From NCBI GenBank assembly GCA_965644265.1, contig OZ286460.1, positions 49,104,001-49,168,000 on the forward strand: 64,000 bases of DNA, read 5' to 3'. This stretch comes from Glycera tridactyla (lineage: Eukaryota). A program made the translations under genes and the position numbers. Of this stretch, positions 63,201-64,000 are shown piece by piece (position 1 is the stretch's first letter; each line of letters starts with the position of its first letter). Under the pieces are notes generated by a model. That model made no database searches, was not told the origin of the DNA, and saw only the letters and a list, made by a program, of their open reading frames with translations.

Positions 63201-64000
63201 CCCAAACAAGAGATAGTTGCATTCACTACCAGATATTATCCCAATCATGATCACGCTAAGAAAATTGTGAAATGCAATTGGGGAATTATTGAGAGATCAT
63301 CCACAACCAAAGAGTTAGCCAAAGCCAAATTGATTACGGGCTACAAACGGACTATGAATTTAAAAGATATATTAGTGAGATCTCAATTAAAACCCCTGGT
63401 GGAAGCAACACCTAGTGCCGTACCCCTCGCATCTACCACTAATAAATGCATACGAAAGGAATGTAGGTACTGTTCGGCCCTAGATACTAGCGGGGAAATC
63501 AAGAGTACCTTCACTGGTCGCACGTACAAAACCAAGATGAGTGTGACATGTAAATCCAACAATCTCATATACTGCATAACATGCAATATATGCGATAAAC
63601 AATATGTCGGCCAAACCTACAAACGCCTTATGGATCGTTTCCAAGGACATTGGACAGACATAGGGGGAGAAAGAAAGACAGACGTGGGTAGACATTTCAA
63701 TAGACCATCCCACAATGGGGGAACAGACATGAAGATACATATAGTAGACTTCATCCATGCCGACCCCACGAGCCCCCGAGCTAAAAATCTCAGAGACCAT
63801 ATCGAGATGCACTGGATACAACGTCTCAGAACACAATTACCAATGGGCCTAAACACAATGGACAGAACTCCGGAGACTAAAATGACATGTAGGAACTGGA
63901 GAGCAGCCCACTTTAGAAAATGAATACTGCCCAAGTCGGGGAGGGCTTAACTACAATTAGGCTCGGGGATATGACCTAATATCCCACAATTGGGGAACCA
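60276..64000 (+). mobile_element. PLE unit C: inverted copy, from mid-ORF1 to beyond the window edge
   Basis: Reverse complement of 55709 down to ~51986; joined to unit B through the shared heptamer GTGGATT (60276-60282). Confidence 0.93.
60975..63923 (+). CDS. PLE ORF2 (RT + GIY-YIG), 982 aa, intact
   Basis: Same motifs as unit A; at least three amino-acid differences seen (PTRGE/PTPGE, TARLY/TAQLY, DDMIL/DDIIL). Confidence 0.95.
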   Translation: MANDQRATPDVIHESISTHGELIPIYDITKPPIMSRYIVQDDTVVPLCSSHVYSPDMLKMKNMCENPLCTEWTIYQSHEYESQRISPLDSNVNNSNDHEINALNTNVIKLISNYMESDCFITDTASKLVVNLSDLVLNEHHISLLSKGLTFCPTRGEPDVGEIKEDLDKFHHNVRWKAHFLNEKAKTLEGLSAGGRTLSFGNDNERRGAGTRPKRGRPRRSQISLASQVNTRQQTRIGSSQPTDPMEQTPIQPSTSDYIPNTPENILRIESGITRFVNGFQHMKFREKSTKDPTKIPEAVLAMTMANELYMATIPTYNPHPRNVTREEEIAIKDLKNNNSIIIKKADKGSAVVIQNRTDYIKEAERQLSDKNFYQDLDHDPTSDHNNRVHNKVDEMQQSGEIHPDTQKYLKITEPRTARLYLLPKIHKNKNPPPGRPIISANACPTERISQFVDHFLQPSLKEIRSYVRDTTDFLTKIQNISLTEEDDMILFTLDVTSLYTNIPHDGGIQAVRYYLDKYRKNGVTPFNTSLLELLELVLTLNNFQFNGKNYLQVGGTAMGTRVAPSLANIFMDDFETKYVYPYEKQPKMWLRFLDDIFGIWTHGEDELNKFVEHLNGVHTTIKFTLESSTNQVHFLDTTIHLENKDLWSDLYCKPTDSHSYLHYTSSHPRHIKESLPYSQLLRIRRICSRDEDHDKHCGMLLYYFHKRGYPIEILQKALDRALEKTRSELLQPVELAPDTNEPKQEIVAFTTRYYPNHDHAKKIVKCNWGIIERSSTTKELAKAKLITGYKRTMNLKDILVRSQLKPLVEATPSAVPLASTTNKCIRKECRYCSALDTSGEIKSTFTGRTYKTKMSVTCKSNNLIYCITCNICDKQYVGQTYKRLMDRFQGHWTDIGGERKTDVGRHFNRPSHNGGTDMKIHIVDFIHADPTSPRAKNLRDHIEMHWIQRLRTQLPMGLNTMDRTPETKMTCRNWRAAHFRK

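Overview
This is eukaryotic (most likely invertebrate animal) repeat-dense DNA with no recognisable host gene. It is almost entirely nested retroelements. (1) A decayed RTE/RTEX-like LINE (minus, ~2.5-4.0 kb) is interrupted by a complete Gypsy LTR element (minus, 3962-17262; 440-bp LTRs, TATG target duplication). The Gypsy has a Gag TAG followed in frame by a long Ser/Thr-rich spacer, a chromodomain-like integrase tail and an env-like third ORF split by a CR1-group LINE. (2) A complete DIRS tyrosine-recombinase element (minus, 17536-30429) has ITRs, an ICR, RT/RNaseH/methyltransferase-like and YR regions. Its gag is split by a second CR1-group LINE, which is itself split by a Helentron-like non-autonomous element, and its leader carries a tRNA-Leu-like sequence. 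(3) A probable ~10.5-kb CR1-group LINE (plus) has three coding regions: RRM-type ORF1, a separate SGNH esterase ORF, and EN-RT after a ~210-bp tandem array. (4) Three near-identical (>99%) copies of a two-ORF Neptune-like Penelope element sit in tandem plus inverted arrangement (51318-64000). The most notable signal is in this Penelope element's 3' region: a type I hammerhead ribozyme whose stem III loop is 232 nt long and contains a CRE/TATA/Inr-like promoter. The predicted start site falls one base before the substrate strand, so promoter and ribozyme are interlocked. All calls were made by eye from the sequence and ORF track; no database searches were run. Four N gaps (25201-25339, 44864-45021, 45393-45525, 50756-50887) limit interpretation.
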